From positions 2,052 to 66,051 of the forward strand of contig CAYJEE010000001.1 of the NCBI GenBank assembly GCA_964369145.1: a DNA stretch of 64,000 nucleotides. Reading direction: 5' to 3'. The notes below the pieces were generated by a model. That model ran no database searches and was not told the origin of the DNA. It saw nothing but the letters and a program-made list of their open reading frames with translations. This stretch comes from an uncultured Candidatus Saccharibacteria bacterium. GTDB taxonomy: Bacteria; Patescibacteriota; Minisyncoccia; Phycocordibacterales; DATDWN01. Shown here in pieces: positions 27,013 through 37,260 of the stretch; position 1 is the first letter of the stretch; each line of letters opens with the position of its first letter. A program made the translations under genes and the position numbers.

Positions 27013-27657
27013 GTGATGAAATCAGCTCAAAAAAAATCGAAAAAAGCCCCAAGGAAAGCCACATCTGGAGACATCAAAAATATCACAAACTTTCTCTTTG
27101 AGGTGGGGATTTTGACCAAGACTCCTCGGAGCGGACTGCACTTTCTAGGTACTGGAGAGCAGTCGGTGGCAGAGCATGTCAATAGAGTGTGCTTTATCGG
27201 CTATATGCTTGCACATCTCGATGGTGAAGCGGACCTTTCAAAAGTCCTCCAGATGTGTCTTTTTCACGACATTACGGAAACACGAATTTCTGACCTCAAC
27301 TATATTCATCAGAAATATGTCGTACGAAAAGAACATGAGGCGATGGTAGATATTTCAAATTCGATTCCATTTGGTGAAAATGTTTTCGCTACACTTGCCG
27401 AGTATGAAAAAAGAGAAAGCAAGGAGTCTTTGATTGTAAAAGATTCTGATAATCTCGAGTGGATCCTTACGCTCAAAGAAGAATTTGATAAAGGAAATGA
27501 GCGAGCATTGAGTTGGATTCTGCCCGCGATCAAAAGACTTAAAACTCCGCATGCTCAAAGTATCGCTAAAGAAATTATGAAGACGGATGCAAATGATTGG
27601 TGGTTTAGTAAGAAAGAGCAAAAAGATTCATGGTGGGTTAATAGAGGAAAAAAGTAA
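27013..27657 (+). CDS. HD-domain phosphohydrolase (YfbR-like 5'-deoxynucleotidase family)
   Basis: H...HD...D motif (LFHDITETRISDLN). Confidence 0.7.
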   Translation: MMKSAQKKSKKAPRKATSGDIKNITNFLFEVGILTKTPRSGLHFLGTGEQSVAEHVNRVCFIGYMLAHLDGEADLSKVLQMCLFHDITETRISDLNYIHQKYVVRKEHEAMVDISNSIPFGENVFATLAEYEKRESKESLIVKDSDNLEWILTLKEEFDKGNERALSWILPAIKRLKTPHAQSIAKEIMKTDANDWWFSKKEQKDSWWVNRGKK

Positions 27658-27662
27658 TATAT

Positions 27663-29477
27663 ATGAAAAAAACTAAAGAATATTTAAATTTTTTAAACGA
27701 CACATACCACAAGCTTCATAAAACATACGAAGATTTTTTTTGGCTTTCGTACATGGGTGATCACTCGATAGACGCAAAAAAAGATGAGGCGCTGGCTTCA
27801 ATCGATGCTTTTAAGGCAAATAAGGAGCATCTTGAAACTGTAGAAAAATTAATAAAGGAAACAAAGGGTCCGCTTAAGGCGCGTCTTGCGCAGTGGCAGA
27901 GATTTTTTAATCAATATCACACTCCTGCTGAGGCGGTGCCTTTAAAAAAGGAAATTGATGAACTTGAAACATTGATCAATAAAAAACATGGAGAAAGAAC
28001 GGAAGGGTATGTAGATCCGTATACAAAAAAGTTTGTAGAGGTTTCTTCTGTTCAGATGGGATCAATGATACGAACAAATCCTGATGAGAAAATCCGCAAA
28101 GCGTGTTTTGAGGGAAAAGAAAAATTGGCTACAGACTCGTTGAGCGAGTATATAAAACTAGTTACCCTTCGCAATCAGTATGCACGGATTCTTGGTTATA
28201 CAGATTTTTATGATTTCAAAGTCAAAAAAGAAGATGGAATGACAAAGAAAGAATTGTTTGGAATTTTTGATTCTATTTACGATAAAACAAAATACGCACG
28301 AAAAGATATTATAAAACTTGAAAAGACAATGCCAGGGCTTCGTAAGCCGTGGAATTTTGGCTATATGCTCGCTGGGGATTTTACAAAGGAAGAGGATCCG
28401 TATTTCCAGTTTGATGAAGCATTGATGCGATGGGGGAGATCATTTGCAGCAATGGGGATTGATTTTAAAGAAGGGAAGCTACAGCTCGATCTGTTGGATA
28501 GAAAAGGGAAGTGGAACAACGGCTTTTGTCATTGGCCTGACTTGGTCAAATATGAAGGTACAAAAAGAATACCAGGAAGCTCAAACTTTACCTGTACTGT
28601 GGTTATGGGACAGGTTGGCTCAGGAGAAATGGGGTACAACACTCTTTTTCATGAAGGAGGTCACGCTGCACACTTGCTAAATTCTGTTCAAAAAGATGTG
28701 TGTCTCAATCATGAGTACCCTCCGATGTCGAATGCTCTCGCTGAGACTCATAGTATGTTTCTCGATACTATGTATGGAGGTATTGAGTGGCAGACTCGAT
28801 ATGCAAAAAATGCAAAAGGTGAAGCGTACCCTTTCGAACTTTTTGAGAAAATGGTCCGAAAGCTTCATGTACTACGTCCACTTGATTTAAATGGGATCAT
28901 TGCTGTGTCTGTATTCGAAAAAGAAATCTACGAGACTAAAAAACTAACTCCAGAAAAAGTGATCAGTATTGCACATAAAAATTTCAAAAAATATTTTGAG
29001 CGATCAGAAGACTCACTTATGCTTCTCAATGTGCCTCATATTTACGGATGGGATTCTTCCGGCTCATATCATGGGTATGGACTTGCAACTCTCGCGCTCT
29101 CACAATGGAGAAAATATTTCTTTAAAAAGTACGGGTATATTGTCGACAATCCAAAAGTGGGGAAAGAAATGGAAAAGGTATGGAAACTTGGGTCGTTAAA
29201 AACATTTAATGAGTTTGTAAAAATTATTACCGGTGAAAAACTAAAACCAACTGCGTATTTGGAACATATGACTGCTTCTATTCCACAAATACTAAAGGGC
29301 GCACAAGAAAAAATTGCTCGTCTTAAAAAGGTAAAGGAGTATACAAAAAAAGTAGATTTGAAGGCTTCGATTTCAATGGTTCACGGTAAAGATGAGATTT
29401 GTAATAACAAGAAAAGTTTTGAAGATATGGCAGAGAAATATAAAGCGTGGCTCAAAACCCAATCTATTCAAAAATAG
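27663..29477 (+). CDS. pepF: M3-family oligoendopeptidase (PepF-like)
   Basis: HEGGH zinc motif (LFHEGGHAAHLL) and size. Confidence 0.75.
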   Translation: MKKTKEYLNFLNDTYHKLHKTYEDFFWLSYMGDHSIDAKKDEALASIDAFKANKEHLETVEKLIKETKGPLKARLAQWQRFFNQYHTPAEAVPLKKEIDELETLINKKHGERTEGYVDPYTKKFVEVSSVQMGSMIRTNPDEKIRKACFEGKEKLATDSLSEYIKLVTLRNQYARILGYTDFYDFKVKKEDGMTKKELFGIFDSIYDKTKYARKDIIKLEKTMPGLRKPWNFGYMLAGDFTKEEDPYFQFDEALMRWGRSFAAMGIDFKEGKLQLDLLDRKGKWNNGFCHWPDLVKYEGTKRIPGSSNFTCTVVMGQVGSGEMGYNTLFHEGGHAAHLLNSVQKDVCLNHEYPPMSNALAETHSMFLDTMYGGIEWQTRYAKNAKGEAYPFELFEKMVRKLHVLRPLDLNGIIAVSVFEKEIYETKKLTPEKVISIAHKNFKKYFERSEDSLMLLNVPHIYGWDSSGSYHGYGLATLALSQWRKYFFKKYGYIVDNPKVGKEMEKVWKLGSLKTFNEFVKIITGEKLKPTAYLEHMTASIPQILKGAQEKIARLKKVKEYTKKVDLKASISMVHGKDEICNNKKSFEDMAEKYKAWLKTQSIQK

Positions 29478-29567
29478 TTGAAAACTTATTTCCGGAAAAA
29501 AGAAAAAGTAGAAACAAAAATCCGCTTCTCCAGGGCGGATTTTGTCCGTCTGAAGAAGCGGTTTGGT

Positions 29568-30149
29568 TTATTCACCTTTGAAGTAGGTGAAGCGAAGACC
29601 GAGCAGGGCATTGGTGCGCCCTTTCTCGTCCCAGGTAATAGTGGGACGTATAGAAGGTGTCCACCTGCCGATTGGGTTTAGACGATATTCTGCCCGCACG
29701 CCGTGACCAAGGAAGGCCTGGCTGTGGGTGCCGACAGACCAACGTTCGCTGAGTTTTACGTCAGTCAGGGTAAGATACCAGTAACCAGTCACCCCTTTGT
29801 CTTCGTAGATGACGAAGACGTAGCACCGACCCTTATTGGCGTACAGGTATGACCCAATACGCATTTTGCTGGTGGTCTGCTCAACTCCGCCACCGACTCC
29901 GACTTGGAGCCAGCTTGTGGGTTTGGCATAACCACCCACGTAGGCTTGACGATAGTTTGTTCCTATCTGCCCCCAGCCAAAGAGGCCAGTGTGTTTGGTG
30001 AGGCTTTGTTGTGCCCACACCGTATTTGTCTGGCTGTCTGCCCCTGCACTTTTGAAGGTGCTGTACGATTCAGTAAAAATGAATGTCTCAGCGTTTGTTT
30101 TTTGGCAAAAAAACAAACAAAAAACGAACAAGAATATGAAGGTTCGCAT
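29568..30149 (-). CDS. secreted beta-barrel-like protein (193 aa)
   Basis: signal peptide; amphipathic beta pattern ...LLGLRFTYF. Confidence 0.4.
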   Translation of the reverse strand: MRTFIFLFVFCLFFCQKTNAETFIFTESYSTFKSAGADSQTNTVWAQQSLTKHTGLFGWGQIGTNYRQAYVGGYAKPTSWLQVGVGGGVEQTTSKMRIGSYLYANKGRCYVFVIYEDKGVTGYWYLTLTDVKLSERWSVGTHSQAFLGHGVRAEYRLNPIGRWTPSIRPTITWDEKGRTNALLGLRFTYFKGE

Positions 30150-30233
30150 GGGTTCTCCGTGTATTATAATAGCATATATAATGTGTACTTGTCAAGTTTT
30201 TGGTTCATCTAAACTATATGGTAAACTAAAGTC

Positions 30234-30656
30234 ATGTGGATACTTTATGCACTTATCTCAGCGCTTTTTGCAGGCATGGTGGCGGTCTTTGGAAAGCTTG
30301 GGCTTAAGAATATTGATTCGACTCTTGCGACTACAGTGCGCTCATTTATCATGGCGGGGTTTCTCGGGGTGACCGCTCTTGCACTGAAAAAGTTTCAAGG
30401 TTTTTCACTTTCAACATTTACGGGGCGTGAGTGGGCGTATATTGCACTCTCTGGTGTAGCGGGAGCACTCTCATGGCTCTTTTACTTCGTGGCACTCAAA
30501 AATGGAACTGCGGTGACTGTCTCTGCGATCGACCGATTGAGTATTGTCTTTGTGCTCGTATTTGCAGCACTCTTTTTAGGCGAAGGGTTTACCTTGTGGA
30601 AAGTGGTGGGTGTGCTCTGTATTGCACTTGGTGCTTTCTTGACTACTTTGAAATAG
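30234..30656 (+). CDS. EamA-like (DMT superfamily) small transporter
   Basis: 4-TM EamA-type pattern. Confidence 0.55.
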   Translation: MWILYALISALFAGMVAVFGKLGLKNIDSTLATTVRSFIMAGFLGVTALALKKFQGFSLSTFTGREWAYIALSGVAGALSWLFYFVALKNGTAVTVSAIDRLSIVFVLVFAALFLGEGFTLWKVVGVLCIALGAFLTTLK

Positions 30657-30966
30657 GTTGTATGATGTATATAGATGTTTTATCGAGCCAGGAAGTATCT
30701 AGAGGCTGCTCTACTGTGGGTAGCTTTTATTCTTGTTTTGAGCTTTGCATTTTCGGTGATTGTGCCTAATTTTTTACGTGCTAAGCTTGAAGCTAGCGGG
30801 AAAAACTTCAGGGTCCGCTTTGAGCGGATTTGCAAGAGGATCATTCGGTACCTCGAGTCCGAGCCGTTCGCGTATCGGATGTAGGTTGTAGTGTTAGCGC
30901 ATCTCGTGAATAACGAGGTGCGCTTTAAATTTCCTATGCTACTATTAATTATGAAAGGAGCTCTTT

Positions 30967-31149
30967 GTGGCAAATACCAATGAAGAAATTGAAAAAGAGG
31001 TTGAAAGGCCTGAACCTCTTACCTCTCAGGAAATCGACCAGGTGATTGCTAACAGTGCACATCTCTGGCGTACTCGCAAACCATTAAAGAAAGAAAGTGG
31101 TATTCCAAGGAAACCAAGGGACGTTCGCGCTTTTGTGCATGATTTCTGA
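30967..31149 (+). CDS. small hypothetical protein (60 aa)
   Basis: ORF followed by a strong terminator. Confidence 0.3.
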   Translation: MANTNEEIEKEVERPEPLTSQEIDQVIANSAHLWRTRKPLKKESGIPRKPRDVRAFVHDF

Positions 31150-31175
31150 GGGGCGGTTCGCCGCCCTTTTTTTTA
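31148..31175 (+). terminator. gaggggcggttcgccgccc + tttttttt
   Basis: intrinsic terminator. Confidence 0.7.
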
Positions 31176-31201
31176 TACTCAAAATATGGCATATTGTGTA
31201 T

Positions 31202-32983
31202 ATGAAATCATCAGAAATTCGTGCGAGATTTTTAAACTTTTTTAAGGAACGAGGTCATGCAGTCTTGCCGTCGGCTTCACTCCTGCCTGAAAATGACCCT
31301 TCAGTGCTTTTCAACACTGCTGGTATGCAACCGCTTGTGCCGTATCTCCTTGGAGAAAAGCATCCTCTCGGAACACGCCTCGCAAATATCCAAAAATGTG
31401 TCCGCACCGGAGATATTGACGAGATTGGCGACAACACTCACGCTACATTTTTTGAAATGATGGGTAACTGGTCTCTCGGCGACTATTTCAAAAAAGATGC
31501 AATACAGTGGAGCTTTGAGCTACTTACTAACAAAGAAATTGGTTTTGGTCTTGACCCACAGCGTCTCTACGTGACTTGCTTTGAAGGAAACGAGGACGCA
31601 CCAAAAGACACTGAATCTGCTGAAATCTGGAAAGGTATTTTTGATGCTACAGGAGTAACTGGCGAGCGTATCTACTTTCTGCCTGCAAATAAGAACTGGT
31701 GGAGTGCAGGGGAGAATGGCCCATGTGGTCCAGACACTGAAATGTTTTACGACCTGACCGGTACATACACTTCTGGTATGACAAAAGAAGCGTACCTCGC
31801 AGCTGACGACAAACAAGAAGTGGTAGAAATCTGGAATGATGTGTTTATGGAATACCTCAAGAAAGATGGGAAGGTGGTAGGGAAGCTCGCATCACAAAAC
31901 GTGGATACAGGCTCTGGTTTTGAGCGTGTGACAGCAGTACTTCAAGGTAAGAACAATATTTTCGATACGGATATTTTTGCCCCTCTAATGGAAGCTATTG
32001 GGGTGTATGGTATTACAGACTTACGAGCTAAACGTATTATTGCTGATCATATCCGAACTTCAGTGTTTATGATTGCAGACGGTGTTTTACCGTCGAATAC
32101 GGATCAAGGGTATATTCTTAGACGCTTATTGCGAAGAGCAATTTTTCAAGCTTACAATTTTCATCGAGGTCATAACACCAATTTATACATACTCACAGAT
32201 GTGGTGACTGATATGTATAAGGATTCTTACCCGGACTTAAAACAGAATGAACAAAAGATTAGAGATGTAATTAAAGACGAGGAAGAGAAATTTAAAAAGA
32301 CTATAGAACAAGGTACAAAGGAATTTGAGAAAATTTCTAAACAAGATATTTCAGGAAAAGATGCTTTTATTCTTTTTTCTACGTTTGGTTTTCCATTTGA
32401 TCTCACTAAAGAACTCGCTCTTGCGAAGGGTCTCTCTGTTGACGAAGCTACGTTTAAAGAAGAATTTGCAAAACACCAGGATCTTTCACGAGCAGGAAGT
32501 GAACAAAAATTTAAAGGAGGACTCGCTGGTACCGGAGAAGTAGAAACTCGGTACCATACTGCCACTCATTTGCTCCATCAGGCTCTTCGAGATGTGCTCG
32601 GTCCTACAGTAAGCCAAAAAGGCTCAAATATCACCGCAGAGCGACTACGCTTTGACTTCACACACCCACAAAAGATGACTGATGAAGAAAAGAAAAAAGT
32701 GGAAGATATTGTCAATGGAAAAATACAGGCAAAACTTCCGATGCAAAAAGTAGTGATGAAAAAAGAAGATGCAGAAAAGACCGGCGCGCTTCACTTCTTT
32801 GGCGACAAATACGGAGATGAGGTGTCTGTCTACTTTATCGGAGACTCGATCGACTCTGCATACTCAAAAGAATTTTGTGGAGGACCTCATGTGACAAATG
32901 TGGGAGAACTCGGAACTTTCAAAATATCGAAAGAAGAAGCTGTATCCGCCGGTGTCCGACGTATTAAGGCGGTACTGACATAG
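31202..32983 (+). CDS. alaS: alanyl-tRNA synthetase, short form (catalytic + editing domains, no C-Ala domain)
   Basis: class II core; editing HxxxH (HTATHLLHQALRDVLG) and CxxxH (CGGPHV); about 593 aa. Confidence 0.85.
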   Translation: MKSSEIRARFLNFFKERGHAVLPSASLLPENDPSVLFNTAGMQPLVPYLLGEKHPLGTRLANIQKCVRTGDIDEIGDNTHATFFEMMGNWSLGDYFKKDAIQWSFELLTNKEIGFGLDPQRLYVTCFEGNEDAPKDTESAEIWKGIFDATGVTGERIYFLPANKNWWSAGENGPCGPDTEMFYDLTGTYTSGMTKEAYLAADDKQEVVEIWNDVFMEYLKKDGKVVGKLASQNVDTGSGFERVTAVLQGKNNIFDTDIFAPLMEAIGVYGITDLRAKRIIADHIRTSVFMIADGVLPSNTDQGYILRRLLRRAIFQAYNFHRGHNTNLYILTDVVTDMYKDSYPDLKQNEQKIRDVIKDEEEKFKKTIEQGTKEFEKISKQDISGKDAFILFSTFGFPFDLTKELALAKGLSVDEATFKEEFAKHQDLSRAGSEQKFKGGLAGTGEVETRYHTATHLLHQALRDVLGPTVSQKGSNITAERLRFDFTHPQKMTDEEKKKVEDIVNGKIQAKLPMQKVVMKKEDAEKTGALHFFGDKYGDEVSVYFIGDSIDSAYSKEFCGGPHVTNVGELGTFKISKEEAVSAGVRRIKAVLT

Positions 32984-33115
32984 AACTTCCATATTTGGCC
33001 AATCTCATCGACTAAAATTCAGAAATGGTCCTCAACGTACCATTAAGTACGTCTCCGGTCCCTTCCTGAATTTTATCCGCGACCTTGACTCAAATCTGAA
33101 AGTTTTAATAGTGCT
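32984..33115 (+). repeat. about 120-nt conserved structured intergenic element, copy 2
   Basis: see copy 1; directly after the alaS stop. Confidence 0.6.
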
Positions 33116-33162
33116 TGTTTTTGTACAATAATATAAAAATAAAATTGTGTTATAATAAGCAT

Positions 33163-34371
33163 ATGTTATTTCGCTCATCGGACAAAAAAGGAGATGTCTG
33201 TCTTGTGCTCGATATCGGCAATGCTTCACTTGCGGGCTCTTTTGTGCTTTTTGAGCAAGGCAAGCTCCCGCAAGCGCTGTATACTATTCGCGTACCGCTT
33301 TCTATCGACGAGCATCCTCACTCAGAAAAATTGCATATCATACTCGAATCTGAGCTCGAAGAGGTGCTTCATACGCTCCATACAAAAGGTTTTGAACATG
33401 CGTATTTTAAAGATCATGAAAAAACGATACACAAAGTGCTCTGTGTGTATGCGTCTCCATGGTATGTATCAAAAACAAAGAAAGTGCACGTTTCAAATCA
33501 GAAACCTTTTTTTGTCACGAAACCTTTTCTCGATGATGTGCTGACTAAAGAGGCAAATTTGTTTGAACAAGAGCTTGCATCTGGTACGTACGGTGAAGAA
33601 TTTAAATCAGGGATTGTGTTGATGGAAAAAACTATTGTTGATGCACGGATCAACGGGTATTCGATCGATAATCCTGTCGGACAAAAGACAACCGAATGTG
33701 ACATCGTGATGTATCTCGGTATCGGATCGGCTCCGGTCGTCGATATGGTGCAGGGTTTGATCACTCGACATTTTCCATACACCGCACAAGATATTATTTC
33801 TCACACCTTTCCGCTCGTCGTACAGACTGCACTTCAGAAAATCGTACCTCATGAAAAAAACTATATCCTGTGTGATATAACCGGTGAAGTGACCGATATG
33901 ACATGCGTGAGTGACGGTGTGGTAAAAAACACAACATCATTTCCTTCAGGAAAATTCTTTTTGATTAGAAAATTAATGCAGAATCTCGGTGTCCCAGCTG
34001 AAGTAGCTCAGTCATTCCTCCATTTATGGCAGACCGGTAATGCTCAAGAAGACATAGAAACAAAAATACAAGAAGCATTGCTCGATGTTGAGCGTGAGTG
34101 GTCTATTTATCTCGAGGATGCTCTCTCTCATCTCGGTGACATACGATCATTGCCTCAAAAAGTGTACATAACAGCAGATTCTGATGTGGTGCATGTCTTC
34201 ATGGATTTTTTAAAGGTATCAAAAATAGATATGACTGCGTTGTGGAGAAAGGGTCTTTTGGTTGGGTATATTGGAGAAGAGATGCTTACTCGATTTTACA
34301 ATTCTCCAAATCACCTCACTTTTGATGAATGTATCGCACTCGACTCAATTTTTTTGGGAGTTTTCCAGTAG
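33163..34371 (+). CDS. actin-fold ATPase of the FtsA/PilM family
   Basis: VLDIGNASLAG start and ILCDITGEVTDMTCVSDGVV...SFPSGKFF resemble FtsA nucleotide-binding segments. Confidence 0.5.
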   Translation: MLFRSSDKKGDVCLVLDIGNASLAGSFVLFEQGKLPQALYTIRVPLSIDEHPHSEKLHIILESELEEVLHTLHTKGFEHAYFKDHEKTIHKVLCVYASPWYVSKTKKVHVSNQKPFFVTKPFLDDVLTKEANLFEQELASGTYGEEFKSGIVLMEKTIVDARINGYSIDNPVGQKTTECDIVMYLGIGSAPVVDMVQGLITRHFPYTAQDIISHTFPLVVQTALQKIVPHEKNYILCDITGEVTDMTCVSDGVVKNTTSFPSGKFFLIRKLMQNLGVPAEVAQSFLHLWQTGNAQEDIETKIQEALLDVEREWSIYLEDALSHLGDIRSLPQKVYITADSDVVHVFMDFLKVSKIDMTALWRKGLLVGYIGEEMLTRFYNSPNHLTFDECIALDSIFLGVFQ

Positions 34372-34445
34372 TCTGTGCATAAGTTATCCGTTGCATATAT
34401 ACAAGATTTCTTGGTATTATATAAGCATATAAAGTACACAGGTAT

Positions 34446-35867
34446 ATGAAAAAAAATATTGTACAAGACGTTGTATTTCCTAAACGTTCTATTAGAGAGG
34501 TAGAGCTTCCTTCTCGGAAAAAAGAAAGTTCATTTACCGCACCAGTACAAAAAACTATTTCAAAACCTGAACCAACTCCTACCACAAGGCCAGTTGTCGC
34601 ACCAGATCCGTTTGTTGAAGATGGAGAAGATACCGTACTTCATCGTCGGATTCCTACACAGTCTCGTCCTCCATATACATTTGACTACAACAACGATATC
34701 CCTGCACCAAAAGAATCAAGAATTGGCCTCTGGGTCTCAATCGCTTTGTTTATTGTCGCACTTGGGTTTGGAGTTTCAGCTCTTTTTGTGTCGGCCGAAG
34801 TTTCTATACAACCAAAAACACAAAGTGTACCGATTAATACAGCACTGACTGCACTCAAGGATCGTCCTGCAGGAGAGTTTGGATATCAAGTAGTATCTGT
34901 CTCATCTTCGGTTGAGCGTACTGTACCTGCAGGCGCAGCTCAAAAGGTAGATAAAAAAGCAACAGGGACTATTATTATTTACAATAATGCAACAGAAGCA
35001 CCTCAAAAATTAATTGCAAATACTCGGTTCGAGTCAAATGACGGCAAAATCTTCCGTATTGCAAATGCGATTTCAATACCTGGACGTAAGACAGAAAATG
35101 GCAAGACTGTACCAGGGAGTGTAGAAGCAGTCGTCACCGCAGATCAGCCAGGGGATACATATAACCTCGGATTGGTTGATTTTACAGTACCAGGTCTCAA
35201 AGGTGACCCTCGATATACCACAATCTATGCTCGATCAAAAGCACCAATGACCGGAGGTTTTTCAGGTGAAATGAAAGTTATCGATCCAAATCTCGAAAAA
35301 GTAACTCAAAAAGAACTCGAAATAGAACTCAAGGATATTCTTAAAAAAGACATTGCATCCCAGATTCCTGTAAACTTTATCCTTTTTTCTGATGCACTTT
35401 CATATGAAATTGAAGCGGTATCACAAAAGAGTACAGCCGAAGGTGACGTTGCGGTACTTACGGTAAAAGGTACTGCTCATGCGCTTATTTTTGACCGAGA
35501 TCTTCTCTCAAAGTCAATCATGGATACTCTCAAAGATTCTGTCGTTACTGATGGGCAGCTCGTATCTGTGACCAATCTAGAAAAACTCACCTTTGTGCTC
35601 ACAGGCAACAGTGTGATCCGTCAAAATACCACAACCCCGGTTACATTTACCCTCAGTGGTGACGCCCAAATTGAATGGTTATATGATGAATCTATCCTAA
35701 AAAATGACCTTTTGGGCATTAAAAAATCAGACCTCGCGTCTCTACTACAAGCAAAATACCCCTCTATTGAAAGTGCTCGAGTGAAGATACGACCGGTGTG
35801 GAAACGGTCATTTCCAATCGATCCAAGCAAGGTTACTCTTATAAAACTAACACCTCTAGAGAGGTAG
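34446..35867 (+). CDS. bitopic membrane protein with Pro-rich cytoplasmic N-terminus and large extracytoplasmic domain
   Basis: single TM at about aa 100; FtsA-like neighbour suggests a divisome or pilus partner. Confidence 0.45.
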   Translation: MKKNIVQDVVFPKRSIREVELPSRKKESSFTAPVQKTISKPEPTPTTRPVVAPDPFVEDGEDTVLHRRIPTQSRPPYTFDYNNDIPAPKESRIGLWVSIALFIVALGFGVSALFVSAEVSIQPKTQSVPINTALTALKDRPAGEFGYQVVSVSSSVERTVPAGAAQKVDKKATGTIIIYNNATEAPQKLIANTRFESNDGKIFRIANAISIPGRKTENGKTVPGSVEAVVTADQPGDTYNLGLVDFTVPGLKGDPRYTTIYARSKAPMTGGFSGEMKVIDPNLEKVTQKELEIELKDILKKDIASQIPVNFILFSDALSYEIEAVSQKSTAEGDVAVLTVKGTAHALIFDRDLLSKSIMDTLKDSVVTDGQLVSVTNLEKLTFVLTGNSVIRQNTTTPVTFTLSGDAQIEWLYDESILKNDLLGIKKSDLASLLQAKYPSIESARVKIRPVWKRSFPIDPSKVTLIKLTPLER

Positions 35868-35931
35868 GATAGGGCCCTATTGACTCAAAGGCCCGTCTTC
35901 TGCTACAATACTACCCATTGATTGAAAAGTA

Positions 35932-36153
35932 ATGCACAACCAAGAAAAAAAGGATCTTAGTGTTTCAGGAATCGTCATAGAAGCTCTCCCAAATACTTTT
36001 TTTAGAGTACGGAGAGACGATACGGGCGAGGAAATGCTTACATATCTCTCAGGTAAAATGCGCTTGCATCGAATCAGAGTTTTGGTTGGAGACAAGGTGG
36101 TTGTAGAGCTTGAGCCGTATGGAGGCAAAGGTCGCATCACCAAACGAACATAA
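35932..36153 (+). CDS. infA: translation initiation factor IF-1
   Basis: GIVIEALPNTFFRVRRDD...GKMRLHRIRVLVGDKV. Confidence 0.9.
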   Translation: MHNQEKKDLSVSGIVIEALPNTFFRVRRDDTGEEMLTYLSGKMRLHRIRVLVGDKVVVELEPYGGKGRITKRT

Positions 36154-36171
36154 TTTTTTAAAATATTTATC

Positions 36172-36288
36172 ATGAAAGTCAAAGCATCAGTTAAAAAGAG
36201 ATGTGCTCACTGCCAAGTAGTCCGACGAAAGGGTTATGTGTATGTGGTGTGCAAATCTAATGCTCGACATAAACAACGACAAGGTTAA
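36172..36288 (+). CDS. rpmJ: ribosomal protein L36 (38 aa; below the ORF-track size cutoff)
   Basis: [38 protein letters not shown]. Confidence 0.85.
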   Translation: MKVKASVKKRCAHCQVVRRKGYVYVVCKSNARHKQRQG

Positions 36289-36293
36289 TTTTT

Positions 36294-36674
36294 ATGCGAA
36301 TACTCGGTATAACAATCCCAGATGAAAAACGACTCGAAGTAGGGCTTACAGTGCTCTACGGTATTGGACGTCCTCTTGCTAAAACAATCCTCAAAAGTGC
36401 AAAGGTTGATTTTGGTATGAAAGCAAAAGATCTTACTGTCGAACAAGAAAACGCAATCCGAAAAGAAGTTGAAGCCAACAAAATCGAAGGAGATTTGAAA
36501 CGAGAAGTCGCATCAAACATTAAACGACTTAAAGATATAAAATCTCTCCGAGGTTCACGACATCAGCGAGGACTTCCGTCTCGAGGACAGCGTACAAAAA
36601 CTAACTCTCGAACACGACGAGGAAATGTACGAAAGACCATGGGTACGGGACGACGTGCAGCCGACAAGAAATAA
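36294..36674 (+). CDS. rpsM: ribosomal protein S13
   Basis: MRILGITIPDEKRLEVGLTVLYGIG. Confidence 0.9.
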   Translation: MRILGITIPDEKRLEVGLTVLYGIGRPLAKTILKSAKVDFGMKAKDLTVEQENAIRKEVEANKIEGDLKREVASNIKRLKDIKSLRGSRHQRGLPSRGQRTKTNSRTRRGNVRKTMGTGRRAADKK

Positions 36675-36817
36675 AAATTCCAAATTATGAACTATCTCAT
36701 CTTCTAAAATTTTAAAAATATTTTCCGCCGTAGCACTCAGTACGTCTACAAATATTTCCAAAATTTTATAAACGATCTAGCTCAAATTTGAAACTTTTAA
36801 AAAAATCAACAATTACA

Positions 36818-37249
36818 ATGGGAAAGAAAAAAATCGCAACAGCAAAAGATAGTGGGGGAGATGGAGGAAAATCTTCAAATGTTCCTTCTGTATCTAAAAA
36901 GAAGGTTGATGTAGGTCAGCTTTTTGTTCAGTCTACATACAACAATACGATTCTTGTACTCACTGATAGTAAAGGTAATGTGCTCGCACAGTCTTCTTCA
37001 GGAGCGCTTGGGTTTAAAGGTGCAAAAAAAGGAACTCCGTTTGCAGCAGCAAAGGTAGGTGAGATTCTCGGTGCAAAAGCTGGTGTAATGGGAATGAAAG
37101 AAGTATCTGTTGTTGTAAAAGGTGTGGGTTCTGGACGAGAGTCAAGTATCCGAGGCTTTATTGCAAAAGGTATTACAATTACATCAATTAAAGATGTGAC
37201 ACCAGTTCCATTTAACGGACCAAAACCTAAAAAACCACGACGAGTATAA
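36818..37249 (+). CDS. rpsK: ribosomal protein S11
   Basis: start moved to the MGKKKIATAK Met; ...ITSIKDVTPVPFNGPKPKK. Confidence 0.85.
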   Translation: MGKKKIATAKDSGGDGGKSSNVPSVSKKKVDVGQLFVQSTYNNTILVLTDSKGNVLAQSSSGALGFKGAKKGTPFAAAKVGEILGAKAGVMGMKEVSVVVKGVGSGRESSIRGFIAKGITITSIKDVTPVPFNGPKPKKPRRV

Positions 37250-37260
37250 TTTAAAATAAT

